From NCBI GenBank assembly GCA_050298595.1, contig JBNKUM010000094.1:160001-224000 (forward strand): a stretch of DNA of 64,000 nt, written 5' to 3'. Below are positions 1-10,696 of the stretch, piece after piece. The stretch is from Gammaproteobacteria bacterium. GTDB taxonomy: Bacteria; Pseudomonadota; Gammaproteobacteria; GCA-001735895. Position numbers and translations under genes: made by a program. How positions within the stretch are numbered: the stretch's first letter is position 1; each line of letters begins with the position of its first letter. The notes under the pieces were generated by a model. The model was not told the origin of the DNA, did no database searches, and worked only from the letters and a program-made list of their open reading frames with translations.

Positions 1-744
1 ATGCGAGCCCATAATCGCAGGGTCAAAGCCGGTCAGTGAAACCTGGCCGGTCTGGATCAAATGATTGCCGCGTATTTCAAAGCGAACTAGTCCAGGAGGG
101 ATGTGCTGAAATGGGCTGCCTTCAAGTACCGCATAGTAATCAGAGCCAGCCTTCAGGATATGGTGCATTGCGGTGGGTAAAACCAGGATATCCAGCAGAT
201 GGCCATTGGTTGAATAATATTGCAGGATACGGGTGGTGCGATCGAGTTGGAGAAAGCTGTGCTTACTCACCCAGTAAGGGTGTCCGGTAGCATTGCTGCC
301 ACCAAAATCAACAGGTGGATTGTAAACCTCGCTGCCTACAAGCTGCTTAATTTGCGACTGTTTAACCTTCACCAGCGTGGTTTGAGGTTTATCCTTACCG
401 GAGATTAGAGCGCTACGATTTTTCGGGTTATAACTGGAAGAACGTGGTTTATGGTTCAATGCCAGGCGGGTTTCTTCTTCGAAGGTACATACATTTATAA
501 CACCTACCGAGGCAGCGTTCCGTGTGATGGCATAAATCTTATTGGGGCCAGCAAGATCGACCGGGTAGGGTTGATCAGCCGTATCAACAGTGGCAAGTAG
601 CGTCATACTGGGAATGTCGATTTTATACACTCTGTCGTTATCATTATCGCTATAAAAAACGATACCCGGTTCAGTGGTTGCCATCGCCGAAAAACAGGAT
701 AGGATCAGGCTAGCGGTTAATAGCTGAATATGTCGTTTTATCAT
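1..744 (-). CDS. Exported beta-propeller-like (YncE/YVTN-like) protein, 3' end outside window
   Basis: Manual translation from ATG at 744: MIKRHIQLLTASLILSCFSAMATTEPGIVFYSDNDNDRVYKIDIPSMTLLATVDTADQPYPVD...; signal peptide; absent from the ORF track, probably because it is truncated by the window edge. Confidence 0.65.
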   Translation of the reverse strand, partial: MIKRHIQLLTASLILSCFSAMATTEPGIVFYSDNDNDRVYKIDIPSMTLLATVDTADQPYPVDLAGPNKIYAITRNAASVGVINVCTFEEETRLALNHKPRSSSYNPKNRSALISGKDKPQTTLVKVKQSQIKQLVGSEVYNPPVDFGGSNATGHPYWVSKHSFLQLDRTTRILQYYSTNGHLLDILVLPTAMHHILKAGSDYYAVLEGSPFQHIPPGLVRFEIRGNHLIQTGQVSLTGFDPAIMGSH

Positions 745-986
745 GATTATTTCCTGTGCTTTATTATATGAGGGTGATACAACGCATACAGATTGTTGGA
801 GAAACAATACGGATAGTATAAAGCGGAGTTGTTATCGGCCTTGTCGGTCAAAAGCTTGACTAACCCAATGTTTATAGCAGTTCGCCGACACTATGCTGAA
901 GATGAATATAACTGAAGCTGGCCTGAGTCCTGATATTCACAAAGGCAGCCTATTGATTTTAATACAAATTTACCACTGATCGAGAT

Positions 987-1769
987 TTGTTAAATATGTA
1001 TGACCGGCTTATAGATTCTCATTGTCACCTGGATGATGATCGTTTCGATGAAGATCGTTTAGCGATGATGCAGCGTGCGCAGGCCTGCGGTATTTCCAGA
1101 ATTATAATACCTGCTACCACCGCTAAACGCTGGCCCAAAGTCAGACAGGTGGCAGATGAGTTCACCGGGGTATCGGCCAGTTATGGGCTACACCCGATGT
1201 TTATGTCAGAGCACCAGCCTGAAGATATTGCGCTGCTGGATGAATGGTTACAACAGAATGAGGCGGTAGCCGTAGGCGAATGCGGTCTGGATTTTTTTAT
1301 TTCCGATCAGGATCAGGATGCGCAGCTAATACTGTTTCGTGATCAGCTCACAGTGGCCTGTAATCATCGCTTACCGGTGATTATCCATGCACGTAAAGCG
1401 CTAGATCTGGTGATACGCGAGATTCGTAATTCCAGTATCGAATTGGGTGTAATACACAGTTTTAGTGGTAGTCTGCAACAGGCGCATCAACTGGTTGAGC
1501 TTGGGTTTAAGCTGGGCATAGCGGCGATTGTCGGGTATGAGCGGGCAAAGAAACTAAGGCAGATAGTGCGTGAGATCGATATGAATGCGCTGTTGATCGA
1601 AACCGATGCGCCTGATCAGAGTGGCCCGCAGCATCGGGGTGTTAGAAATGAACCCGCATTTATCATGGATCATCTGGTAACTGTAGCGAACTTACGTGAA
1701 ATGGATGTAGATGAGTGCGCCAGACAGTTGTCACAAAACTGTAGGCAGTTGTTCAAATTGACTGATTGA
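987..1769 (+). CDS. TatD family hydrolase/DNase
   Basis: IDSHCHLD, GECGLDF, HSFSG, ETDAPD and RNEP motifs. Confidence 0.92.
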   Translation: MLNMYDRLIDSHCHLDDDRFDEDRLAMMQRAQACGISRIIIPATTAKRWPKVRQVADEFTGVSASYGLHPMFMSEHQPEDIALLDEWLQQNEAVAVGECGLDFFISDQDQDAQLILFRDQLTVACNHRLPVIIHARKALDLVIREIRNSSIELGVIHSFSGSLQQAHQLVELGFKLGIAAIVGYERAKKLRQIVREIDMNALLIETDAPDQSGPQHRGVRNEPAFIMDHLVTVANLREMDVDECARQLSQNCRQLFKLTD

Positions 1770-2010
1770 CGGGCAAAACCTCAATTGTATATGCGCAGCA
1801 ACTCAGCTGAATGTAATCTGCAACTGGCGTCAGCAAGCCCTGGTCTATTTTATTTCAGGTATCGGTCACTTATGAGTAACAAGCTGGCTGTTAGCTGATT
1901 GCTGGTCTGTTTTATAATAAAAACAACTTAACATAAGCCCGAGCTGATTTGCTTCCTCAGTTTGTATATGGTTATATAAATAAGCATGTACTTAACTTAT
2001 AGAGGAATAC

Positions 2011-3021
2011 ATGCTTAAAATAATAAAACCTGGCGCAATTCTCGCGCTATCCCTTCTTTCAATGCCCTCCCATGCATCTAATTGCGGATCAATCCAGATT
2101 GCTGAAATGAACTGGGCTTCAGCCGAGTTAATGGCCAATGTCGATAAGATTATTCTGGACGATGGATATGGTTGCGATGTCAGTCTGATACCGGGGGCTA
2201 CGCAAACCACATTTGCATCCATGAATGAAAAAGGTCAGCCGGATGTCGCTCCTGAAATGTGGACTAATGCAGTTGCTGTTCCATTGAAAAAGGCAATGGG
2301 CGAAGGTCGTCTACATTCCCTTAATAAGGGCCCGATTACTGACCTTGGCGAAGGCTGGTGGATTACCCCCAAAACCGCCAAAGATCATCCTGAATTGAAA
2401 ACTGTTCTGGATATTCTTAAACACCCTGAAATTTTTCCTGACAAGGAAGATCCTGGTAAAGGCGCCTTTGTCGGCTGTCCTGCTGGTTGGGGCTGCCAGC
2501 TTATAAACGCCAACCTGTTCCGCGCTTTTGACATGGAAAAGAAAGGCTGGAAGCTGGTCGACCCAGGCTCGGCTGCCGGTCTTGATGGTTCCATGTCAAA
2601 AGCTGTTGAGCGTGGCGAGTACTGGTTTGGTTATTACTGGTCACCCACCGCCTTGATTGGTAAATACAAAATGGTCAAGGTTCCTTTTGGGGTTCCTTTT
2701 GTGGGCAGGGATCATTGGGATAACTGCCTTGTTAAAGCAGAGCAGGATTGTGCCAAACCCAAACCGAGTGCCTGGATTCAATCAGAAGTACAAACTATCG
2801 TTACCGACAAACATAAAAAAACGGCAGGTAAGGCTGTAACAGAGTATTACAGTAAGCGGATTTTTCCTGGTGAAGTCATGAACGAGATGCTGGTTTATAT
2901 GGGGGATAATCAGGCATCAGGTGAAGATGCTGCGATTGAGTTCCTGCTCAAGCATGAGGATGTGTGGACAAAATGGGTACCCGAAGACGTCGCCAGAAAA
3001 GTCACTAAATCATTGAATTGA
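2011..3021 (+). CDS. proX: Glycine betaine/proline ABC transporter substrate-binding protein
   Basis: Signal peptide, AEMNWAS and GCPAGWGC motifs, operon with permease and ATPase. Confidence 0.85.
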   Translation: MLKIIKPGAILALSLLSMPSHASNCGSIQIAEMNWASAELMANVDKIILDDGYGCDVSLIPGATQTTFASMNEKGQPDVAPEMWTNAVAVPLKKAMGEGRLHSLNKGPITDLGEGWWITPKTAKDHPELKTVLDILKHPEIFPDKEDPGKGAFVGCPAGWGCQLINANLFRAFDMEKKGWKLVDPGSAAGLDGSMSKAVERGEYWFGYYWSPTALIGKYKMVKVPFGVPFVGRDHWDNCLVKAEQDCAKPKPSAWIQSEVQTIVTDKHKKTAGKAVTEYYSKRIFPGEVMNEMLVYMGDNQASGEDAAIEFLLKHEDVWTKWVPEDVARKVTKSLN

Positions 3022-3044
3022 TTGTTATCAGGCCCGGTTAATTC

Positions 3045-3072
3045 AGAGCCCATCTTATTAATGATGGGCTTT
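3045..3072 (+). terminator. Hairpin between substrate-binding gene and permease gene (attenuating or mRNA-stabilising)
   Basis: AGAGCCCATC-loop-GATGGGCTTT. Confidence 0.55.
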
Positions 3073-3116
3073 ATTTAACCTGAATCCGTAAAAAATAAAA
3101 ATGATCGGGAGGTCAG

Positions 3117-4007
3117 ATGGAAATTTTTGAGGACTTTCCTTCCCTGGGGCGTGCAGACCTCAGGGATTTGAAAAAAACAATTGATGCCGGGTTTCGTGAA
3201 TTCACCCGCGCATATGGTGAGGATATTGAAAATTTTTTTGATCCTCTGTTGCAATTTATGGTGTGGTTTGAAAAGTTGCTTCAGGCGACACCCTGGCCGG
3301 TGATTCTACTGGTCATTGCTGCGGTTGCATGGTTTGGATCACGCAGTATCAAGATCACTGCAGGTAGCGTACTGTCTTTTGTTGTCATTGGTTATTTCGG
3401 CATGTGGGAAGATCTGATGTCGACGCTGGCGATTATTTCGGTGGCGACCTCCCTGTGTGTGATACTGGGCATCCCTCTGGGTATCCTGATGGCGAAATCT
3501 GATCGTACGCAAATGGTTATTACCCCAGTACTGGATGTAATGCAGACCATCCCTGCTTTTGTTTATCTGATTCCGGTGGTGATGCTGCTCGGTATCGGTA
3601 AGGTGCCGGGCCTGATTGCCGTCAGTATTTATGCGATTCCTCCTATTGTGCGCCTGACTAACCTGGGAATTCGGCTGGTGGATAAAGAAGCACTGGAAGC
3701 AGCTGATGCTTTTGGGGCCAGTTATTTCCAGAAATTATTTGGCGTACAGATACCGCTCGCGCTACCCAATATCTTTGCGGGTGTAAATCAGACCATTATG
3801 ATGGCACTGTCGATGGTCGTAATTGCATCCATGATCGGTGTCGCCGGTCTGGGTGTGCCTGTTCTACGTGCGATCTCCAATCAGTATCTTGCACTGGGGC
3901 TGATGAATGGGCTGGCAATAGTTGCACTGGCAATTATCTTCGACCGGGTCTCTCAGCAATATGGAATAAGAATTCAGAAACACCGAACAGGGCAGGACAA
4001 TGGCTGA
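3117..4007 (+). CDS. proW: Glycine betaine/proline ABC transporter permease
   Basis: LDVMQTIPAFVYLIP, EAA loop, AGVNQTIMMALSMVV. Confidence 0.9.
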   Translation: MEIFEDFPSLGRADLRDLKKTIDAGFREFTRAYGEDIENFFDPLLQFMVWFEKLLQATPWPVILLVIAAVAWFGSRSIKITAGSVLSFVVIGYFGMWEDLMSTLAIISVATSLCVILGIPLGILMAKSDRTQMVITPVLDVMQTIPAFVYLIPVVMLLGIGKVPGLIAVSIYAIPPIVRLTNLGIRLVDKEALEAADAFGASYFQKLFGVQIPLALPNIFAGVNQTIMMALSMVVIASMIGVAGLGVPVLRAISNQYLALGLMNGLAIVALAIIFDRVSQQYGIRIQKHRTGQDNG

Positions 4008-5058
4008 TATTAAAATTAAGATCGAAAATCTGACCAAGATATTTGGCCCGAAACCAGCTGCTGTACTAAAGCATGTAAATGCCGGTGTAGATAAGGATCA
4101 GCTATTAAGCGAACATGGTCATGTTCTTGGCTTACACGATATAAATTTGTCGCTCGAAAACAAGAATATCGAAGTGATCATGGGCTTGTCTGGTTCAGGA
4201 AAATCTACCTTGATCCGTCATATCAATCGACTCATTGAACCCACTGCCGGATCGATTCTGGTGGATGGTGAAGACGTAATGAAAATGAATGAAAAAGAGT
4301 TACGTCATTTTCGGCAATCTAAAACTGCCATGGTATTCCAGAAGTTTGCGCTGATGCCACACCACACTATTATCGAAAATGCCGGCTTCGGTTTAAAGAT
4401 ACAGGGCAAGGAAAAAAGGGATATTCAGCAGCAGGCGCAGAAGTGGCTGGACAGAGTAGGTTTATCTGGATATGAAAACCATTATCCGGCTCAGCTTTCA
4501 GGTGGCATGCAGCAGCGTGTTGGCCTGGCTCGTGCGCTGGCCTGTGATGCCGATATTCTGATGATGGACGAGGCATTCAGCGCGCTTGATCCGCTGATTC
4601 GTTCCGACATGCAGGACCTGCTACTTGAGCTACAGGAAGAGCTGCACAAAACCATCGTCTTTATTACCCATGATCTGGATGAGGCGTTAAAGATTGGCGA
4701 CAAAATTTCGATTCTCAATCAGGGCTTGCTGGTGCAGCATGGTACCCCGCAGGAAATATTGCTTAATCCAGCAGACGACTATGTCGAACGTTTTGTGGCC
4801 GATGTGAATCGTACTCGAGTGTTGCTGGCAAAATCTATTATGATGGATGAAAGGCCAGACCATGATCATTCTCAGTCGGTCACGGTGAGGGAAACTGAAA
4901 CCGTTGATACCGTATTACATGCACTATTATCTGAAGATGGTACCTACGTAGTCGTAGAGGATCGTAAGGGGCAAAAAGTTGGGTATATTGATAAGGAAAC
5001 GCTGGCTGAGACCTTAAAGCAAAACGAAAAGGATGAGGTGATCACAGAAGTAGCCTGA
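4000..5058 (+). CDS. proV: Glycine betaine/proline ABC transporter ATP-binding protein
   Basis: GLSGSGKS, LSGGMQQRVGLARAL, DEAFSALDPLIR. Confidence 0.92.
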   Translation: MADIKIKIENLTKIFGPKPAAVLKHVNAGVDKDQLLSEHGHVLGLHDINLSLENKNIEVIMGLSGSGKSTLIRHINRLIEPTAGSILVDGEDVMKMNEKELRHFRQSKTAMVFQKFALMPHHTIIENAGFGLKIQGKEKRDIQQQAQKWLDRVGLSGYENHYPAQLSGGMQQRVGLARALACDADILMMDEAFSALDPLIRSDMQDLLLELQEELHKTIVFITHDLDEALKIGDKISILNQGLLVQHGTPQEILLNPADDYVERFVADVNRTRVLLAKSIMMDERPDHDHSQSVTVRETETVDTVLHALLSEDGTYVVVEDRKGQKVGYIDKETLAETLKQNEKDEVITEVA

Positions 5059-5082
5059 TAAAGCTTTACAGGGCAGGTTGGT

Positions 5083-6051
5083 TTAATCCAGATAGGGCTT
5101 AACCAGATTAGCCATCATCTGGATATGATCTTCTCGATCATTCAGGCAGGGGATGTAATAGTATTGCTCCCCACCGTTTTCCTCAAATATCTCCTTATTT
5201 TCCATCTGGATCTCTTCCAGTGTCTCCAGGCAATCTACCGAGAAACCGGGACACACCACATCGATCTCCTTGAGCCCTTTCTGCGCCATAGCGGCGAGTA
5301 TTTCCGAGGTATAAGGCTTTAGCCAGGTCTGTTTACCAAAACGTGATTGAAAGCTCATCGCCCACTGATCTGAACCCAGTCCCATGATGGTGGCCAGCAG
5401 GTGTGCGGTCCCCATGCATTGATCGTAGTAGGGATCGCCCAGGTCAACATTACGCTGAGGCAGGCCGTGGAATGACATCAACAGGAAACGCTGGCGCTGC
5501 TGTTGTTGCCAGTGTTCCTGTATGGAGGCTGCCAGCGCATGGATATAGTCGGGGTCACCATGGTATTGATTGATAAAACATAGCTCGGGTACCTCGCGCC
5601 AGGATTTCATTACATCAGCGATATGGTCAAAGGTGGTCGCTGTGGTAGTTGCTGAGTTTTGCGGGTAGAGCGGCAGGATAATCATTTTCCTGTATTGCTC
5701 CTGCTGTAACTGGTTTAACACCGAGGCAAAGGATGGCTCACCATAACGCATCATTAATTCTACCTTTACCTCATCCCCCAGTTTTTGCTGTAGGGCCTGC
5801 TGCTGGCGGCGACTAATAGACAGAAGAGGTGAGCCTTCATCGGTCCAGATTCGATTGTATGCGGTCAGAGACTTTTTCGATCTAAAAGGCAGGATAATCA
5901 GGTTGAGAATAAACCACCAGATAAAAGCCGGTATCTCTACCACGCGTTGATCGGACAGGAATTGTTTAAGAAAGCTACGCACAGAAGGTACGGTATTATT
6001 GGCGGGTGTGCCCAGATTGGTCAGGATTACAGCGGTTTTTTGCAAGCGCAT
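5083..6051 (-). CDS. hemH: Ferrochelatase
   Basis: NLGTP, LMSFHGLP, FQSRFG and DCLETLEEI motifs. Confidence 0.95.
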   Translation of the reverse strand: MRLQKTAVILTNLGTPANNTVPSVRSFLKQFLSDQRVVEIPAFIWWFILNLIILPFRSKKSLTAYNRIWTDEGSPLLSISRRQQQALQQKLGDEVKVELMMRYGEPSFASVLNQLQQEQYRKMIILPLYPQNSATTTATTFDHIADVMKSWREVPELCFINQYHGDPDYIHALAASIQEHWQQQQRQRFLLMSFHGLPQRNVDLGDPYYDQCMGTAHLLATIMGLGSDQWAMSFQSRFGKQTWLKPYTSEILAAMAQKGLKEIDVVCPGFSVDCLETLEEIQMENKEIFEENGGEQYYYIPCLNDREDHIQMMANLVKPYLD

Positions 6052-6239
6052 ATTAAGAGTATGTTGGTTTTATTTTTATCAGGAGACTAAGTGTGTCAGA
6101 TTACTCCTGCAAGTCAAATTCGTTATCGGGTAATGAAAAAAAACGTTTTTAAAAAATCAGGATTCTAATAACCTGATGCTATCTATATATAAAAATAAAT
6201 AATTATAAAACAGGGGGTTTTGCTATTGACAATAGAAAG

Positions 6240-6450
6240 ATATGCACATTTTTATTCAAGTTTTGAATAAGGGATAATACTCCAGCACATTTTTTTCTAT
6301 TGAAACATTGCTGCTTGTAAGTTATTGAATATAAAGAATAAAAAAAATTGTTCGTAAATCATACAATTTAACACAACTGTAACATTGGCGCGGGCTGGAC
6401 GACATTTTTAAATACTTACACACAGACTTATCCACAGGAAATGTGGATAA
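6240..6450. promoter_or_regulatory. DnaA-box cluster with IHF-like site in an AT-rich intergenic region (oriC-like)
   Basis: Perfect TTATCCACA 6428-6436 and TGTGGATAA 6442-6450; near-matches at 6416, 6367 and 6240; IHF-like TAAGTTATTGAAT 6318-6330. Confidence 0.6.
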
Positions 6451-6624
6451 ATGAATATTGTCAATTTTGACAACAGTTTAGCTCTCGGCGCGTAGAATTT
6501 ACTTTAACAAGTGCTCGTAAGTGTTTTTTGATTAGAGGTGGAAAAAGTCGTACTACCAGATACGACTTTGCTGTTGCATAGGTGATGTTATGATGTCACT
6601 TTTAAGCCGGTGATTGATTTTCTT

Positions 6625-8823
6625 ATGCCCCAAACAATGCAAGTCTGTTCCTTTGCAATGATGTTACCGGTATACCATTATTTTGATTACCTGATCGATT
6701 CCTCTATTTCCTGCCAGCCCGGGCAACGTTACATCCTGCCTTTTGGTTCCACTGAAAAAACTGGCATCCTGATCAGCTGTAATGAGAACAATGAATCTGA
6801 GCGCAAGCTTAAGCCTGTTAAACAACAGCTGGATACTCATCCCGTACTGTCGTCGCATTTAATGCAACTGGCTGAATGGATGGCAGATTATTACTGTCAG
6901 CCAGCGGGCGAATTACTGTTTCAGTTTCTTCCGCGTTATTTACGTAACAAGCAAACCCAGAAATCAGTCGCTGTTGAATACTGGTGTGCGCAAAATCTAT
7001 CAGACGAAGATTTTCAAAGCCTGCAACGCAAGGCTCCAAAGCAATGTCAGTTGTTAGAGACTGTGATGGAAAGCGAATATGGTCTGCATGCCGCGCAACT
7101 TAATGATCTGCATAGTGGATGGCGTGCACAGATGAAAGGCCTGCAGGATAAAGGGCTGGTGCGTAGTGAATTTCGTGAGCCCCTGTATGCGGTTGAAACG
7201 ATTGAAGATGAGGCTCCAGTACTTAGCGATGAGCAGCAACAGGCAGTGACATCTATAACACAGGGCTTAGGGGCATTTCGGGTAGATCTGCTTCAAGGAG
7301 TGACCGGTAGTGGTAAAACCGAGGTGTACCTGGCACTCATGCAGCAGGTTATCGCCGAGGGCAAGCAGGTGATTTATCTGGTGCCAGAGATCGGACTTAC
7401 TCCTCAATTGTTGCAGCGATTACAAAATCGCCTGGGCAAGGCTGTCGTCACTTCGCATTCCGGGCAGGCTGAATACCCGCGTTATCAAAGCTGGGATCAG
7501 TTTCGACGTGGGGCAGCTCAGGTGATGATTGGAACCCGTTCGGCGCTATTCAGTGAAGCGCCAGATCTGGGGCTGATCATTATAGATGAAGAACACGATA
7601 GCTCTTATCGACAGCAGGATGGGGTGCGCTATCACGCACGCGACGTAGCGATTAAACGCGCTCAAATGCTCAATATATCGGTAGTGTTGGGCTCAGCCAC
7701 GCCGTCGCTGGAAACACTGCATAACCTGAGCAAGCCGCATTTCTTTCATCATCAACTCAGACAGAGACCGGGTAGCGCAAAGCCGCCACAGGTTCAGCTA
7801 GTTGATTGCGGCAGTGTGAATCTGAATACGGGATGCAGTCCGCAACTGCTGCAGGCCATGCATCAGCATTTACAGCAGCAGGGGCAGGTTCTGCTGTTTT
7901 TAAATCGGCGTGGATTTGCTCCTGTGGTGATGTGTCATGAATGTGGCTGGCAGGCTGAGTGTCATCAATGCGATGCACGTATGACGCTGCATCAATCGCT
8001 TAACCGTATGGTTTGCCATCATTGTGGCTATGCAGAGCCCGTGGTCCGTAGTTGCCCTAAATGCGGCGAGAAAGAGATTCGTCATTACGGCGTAGGTACT
8101 GAACAGCTACAGCAATTTATCCAGCAGCATTTCGATAAGGTGCCGGTGATTCGCATAGACCGCGATAGCGTGAGCAATTCCAGGCAGATGGAAAACATGC
8201 TGCAACCGGTACGCGATGGCGAGCCCTGTATTCTGGTGGGTACCCAGATGCTGGCCAAGGGGCACGATTATCCGAACATTACACTGGTGGGTATTCTGGA
8301 TAGCGACCAGGCCTTATATAGCAGTTTTTATCGAGCTACAGAACGCCTGATCCAGACAGTGTTGCAGGTGGCTGGGCGCGCAGGACGGGCGGACAGGGCA
8401 GGGCAGGCGCTCTTGCAAACCGCATTCCCTCAACACGAATTGATGCAAAAGCTGTGTCATCAGGATTATGCCGAGCTGGTGCAGCCAATCATGCAGGAGC
8501 GTCAGTTGGTAGGATTTCCGCCGTATGTAAGAGTGATTACGCTAAGTGCTGATGCGCTGGAGTTGAATCTGGCGATGAATCGTTTGCATCAGATCCATAA
8601 GGTTCTGATGGCTTTAGATCAGATTTCGAACATCAAGGTGGTTGGGCCGATTCCAGCACTAATGACACGACGCATTGGACGGTATCGTGCTCAGTTATCC
8701 TTGCTAGGAGGCAATATTCGACAATTGCGCCAGATACTGAATAGTGTGTTGCCTGAAATCCAGCGCGTTAAAAATACGGCGCGTTTAAGATTGATTGTTG
8801 AAGTTGACCCTCTGGACCTGTAA
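6625..8823 (+). CDS. priA: Primosomal protein N'
   Basis: GVTGSGKTEVY, DEEH, Cys-rich zinc region, QVAGRAGR, VEVDP C-terminus; start codon uncertain. Confidence 0.95.
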   Translation: MPQTMQVCSFAMMLPVYHYFDYLIDSSISCQPGQRYILPFGSTEKTGILISCNENNESERKLKPVKQQLDTHPVLSSHLMQLAEWMADYYCQPAGELLFQFLPRYLRNKQTQKSVAVEYWCAQNLSDEDFQSLQRKAPKQCQLLETVMESEYGLHAAQLNDLHSGWRAQMKGLQDKGLVRSEFREPLYAVETIEDEAPVLSDEQQQAVTSITQGLGAFRVDLLQGVTGSGKTEVYLALMQQVIAEGKQVIYLVPEIGLTPQLLQRLQNRLGKAVVTSHSGQAEYPRYQSWDQFRRGAAQVMIGTRSALFSEAPDLGLIIIDEEHDSSYRQQDGVRYHARDVAIKRAQMLNISVVLGSATPSLETLHNLSKPHFFHHQLRQRPGSAKPPQVQLVDCGSVNLNTGCSPQLLQAMHQHLQQQGQVLLFLNRRGFAPVVMCHECGWQAECHQCDARMTLHQSLNRMVCHHCGYAEPVVRSCPKCGEKEIRHYGVGTEQLQQFIQQHFDKVPVIRIDRDSVSNSRQMENMLQPVRDGEPCILVGTQMLAKGHDYPNITLVGILDSDQALYSSFYRATERLIQTVLQVAGRAGRADRAGQALLQTAFPQHELMQKLCHQDYAELVQPIMQERQLVGFPPYVRVITLSADALELNLAMNRLHQIHKVLMALDQISNIKVVGPIPALMTRRIGRYRAQLSLLGGNIRQLRQILNSVLPEIQRVKNTARLRLIVEVDPLDL

Positions 8824-8941
8824 AAAATAATCCTCATACTGTGCTGCTTGGCCTTTAACCTGCGCTGGCACCTTTAAAAAGTGTTAACAGGCCCTAATAC
8901 CATGTAGAATTCGCATTTTTTTAATACCCGGCAGAATCCTT

Positions 8942-10693
8942 TTGAAGCAGCAAGTCGAACAATTGATAACCTCATCCATTCAACAACTGATCAGCAACGG
9001 TGACCTGGCTCAGGATTTTCAGGCGAAAGTACTGGTTACGCCTAGTAAAGATAGTTCTCAGGGTGATTTTGCATCGAATGTGGCACTGGCAGCGGCTAAA
9101 ACTGCAGGCATGTCCCCACGCCAGTTTGCCGAAAAACTAGTTGCGCACATCCAGTATCAGGACTGGTTACAGAAGATAGAGATTGCAGGCCCAGGCTTTA
9201 TCAATTTCTTTCTAAATGCCGATGTCAATCAATCTCTGGTCAATCAAATCCTGCAACAGAAGTCCGATTTTGGTCACTGTGATTTTGGCAATAAACAGCG
9301 CGTGCAGATTGAGTATGTTTCTGCAAATCCTACTGGGCCGCTGCATGTAGGCCATGGTCGTGGTGCTGCTTACGGTGCTACGCTGTCCAATATGCTCAAG
9401 GCAGTCGGTTATGAAGTGAGCAATGAATACTATGTCAACGATGCTGGTCGTCAGATGGATATACTGGGTACATCGGTATGGCTGCGCTATCTGGAACTGG
9501 CGGGTGAAACCCTGACCTTTCCATCCAATGGTTATAAAGGTGATTACATCTGGGATATCGCCGCCACTTTACATCGTGAAAATGGCGATACCTACCGCAA
9601 AACCACAGGCGAAGTGTTCGACAATGTAACCGCTGATGCACCAGAGGGTGACAAGGAGTTACATATCGATGACCTGATTGCTAATGCCAAAAAATTATTA
9701 GGTGCGCAAGCCTATCGAGTGGTATTCGATCTGGCATTGAATACCCTGGTGGATGTGATCAGCGCCGATCTGAAGCTGTTTGGCGTCGAGTTCGATGAAT
9801 GGTTTTCCGAACGCCAGCTTACCGATAAAGGTATCGTCGATAAAGCACTGCAAACCCTGCAGGATAAAGGGCAGGTATATGAAAAGGATGGCGCGCTATG
9901 GTTTAAATCCAGCGAGTTTGGTGATGAGAAAGATCGCGTCGTCAAACGCGAGAACGGCGCAACTACCTATTTTGCTTCGGATATTGCCTACCACATGAAT
10001 AAATTTGACCGTGGCTTTGATTTCGTGATCAATATCTGGGGTGCTGATCATCACGGCTATATCCCACGCGTAAAGGCTTCGCTGCAGGCGATGGATTATC
10101 CCGCTGACAAGCTGGAAGTACTGCTGGTGCAATTTGCTAACCTGTTCGAAAATGGTGAAAAAATGCCAATGTCGACGCGTTCCGGTGAATTTGTCACCCT
10201 GCGTACGCTACGTGAAGATGTAGGGAAAGATGCTGCGCGTTTCTTTTATGTAATGCGTAAAGCCGATCAGCATATGGATTTCGATCTGACACTGGCGCGC
10301 CAGCAATCTACTGACAACCCGGTATTCTATGTGCAATACGCACATGCTCGTATTTGTAGCGTAGAAAAACAATGCGAAGAGCAGGGTATAACACTGGACA
10401 TCGAAAACGCCGCCCTGCAAAAACTGGATAACAGCCACGAACAGGCCATTCTGAAATTGCTTGCTCTATATCCTGCACGACTGCTGAGTGCAGCACAACG
10501 TCGTGAACCGCATATTGTCGTGAATTATCTACGCGAACTGTCGAACCTGTTTCACTCCTGGTACAACGCGCATAAATTTATCGTCGATGATGTAGAGCTG
10601 ATGAATGCACGTATTGCGCTTGCCTTTGCCACCCGTCAGGTTCTGAAAAACGGACTACACATGATGGGTGTTAGCGCACCCGAGAAAATGTAA
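8942..10693 (+). CDS. argS: Arginine--tRNA ligase
   Basis: SANPTGPLHVGH, GADHHGY, MSTRSG, YVQYAHAR. Confidence 0.97.
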   Translation: MKQQVEQLITSSIQQLISNGDLAQDFQAKVLVTPSKDSSQGDFASNVALAAAKTAGMSPRQFAEKLVAHIQYQDWLQKIEIAGPGFINFFLNADVNQSLVNQILQQKSDFGHCDFGNKQRVQIEYVSANPTGPLHVGHGRGAAYGATLSNMLKAVGYEVSNEYYVNDAGRQMDILGTSVWLRYLELAGETLTFPSNGYKGDYIWDIAATLHRENGDTYRKTTGEVFDNVTADAPEGDKELHIDDLIANAKKLLGAQAYRVVFDLALNTLVDVISADLKLFGVEFDEWFSERQLTDKGIVDKALQTLQDKGQVYEKDGALWFKSSEFGDEKDRVVKRENGATTYFASDIAYHMNKFDRGFDFVINIWGADHHGYIPRVKASLQAMDYPADKLEVLLVQFANLFENGEKMPMSTRSGEFVTLRTLREDVGKDAARFFYVMRKADQHMDFDLTLARQQSTDNPVFYVQYAHARICSVEKQCEEQGITLDIENAALQKLDNSHEQAILKLLALYPARLLSAAQRREPHIVVNYLRELSNLFHSWYNAHKFIVDDVELMNARIALAFATRQVLKNGLHMMGVSAPEKM

Positions 10694-10696
10694 GTC

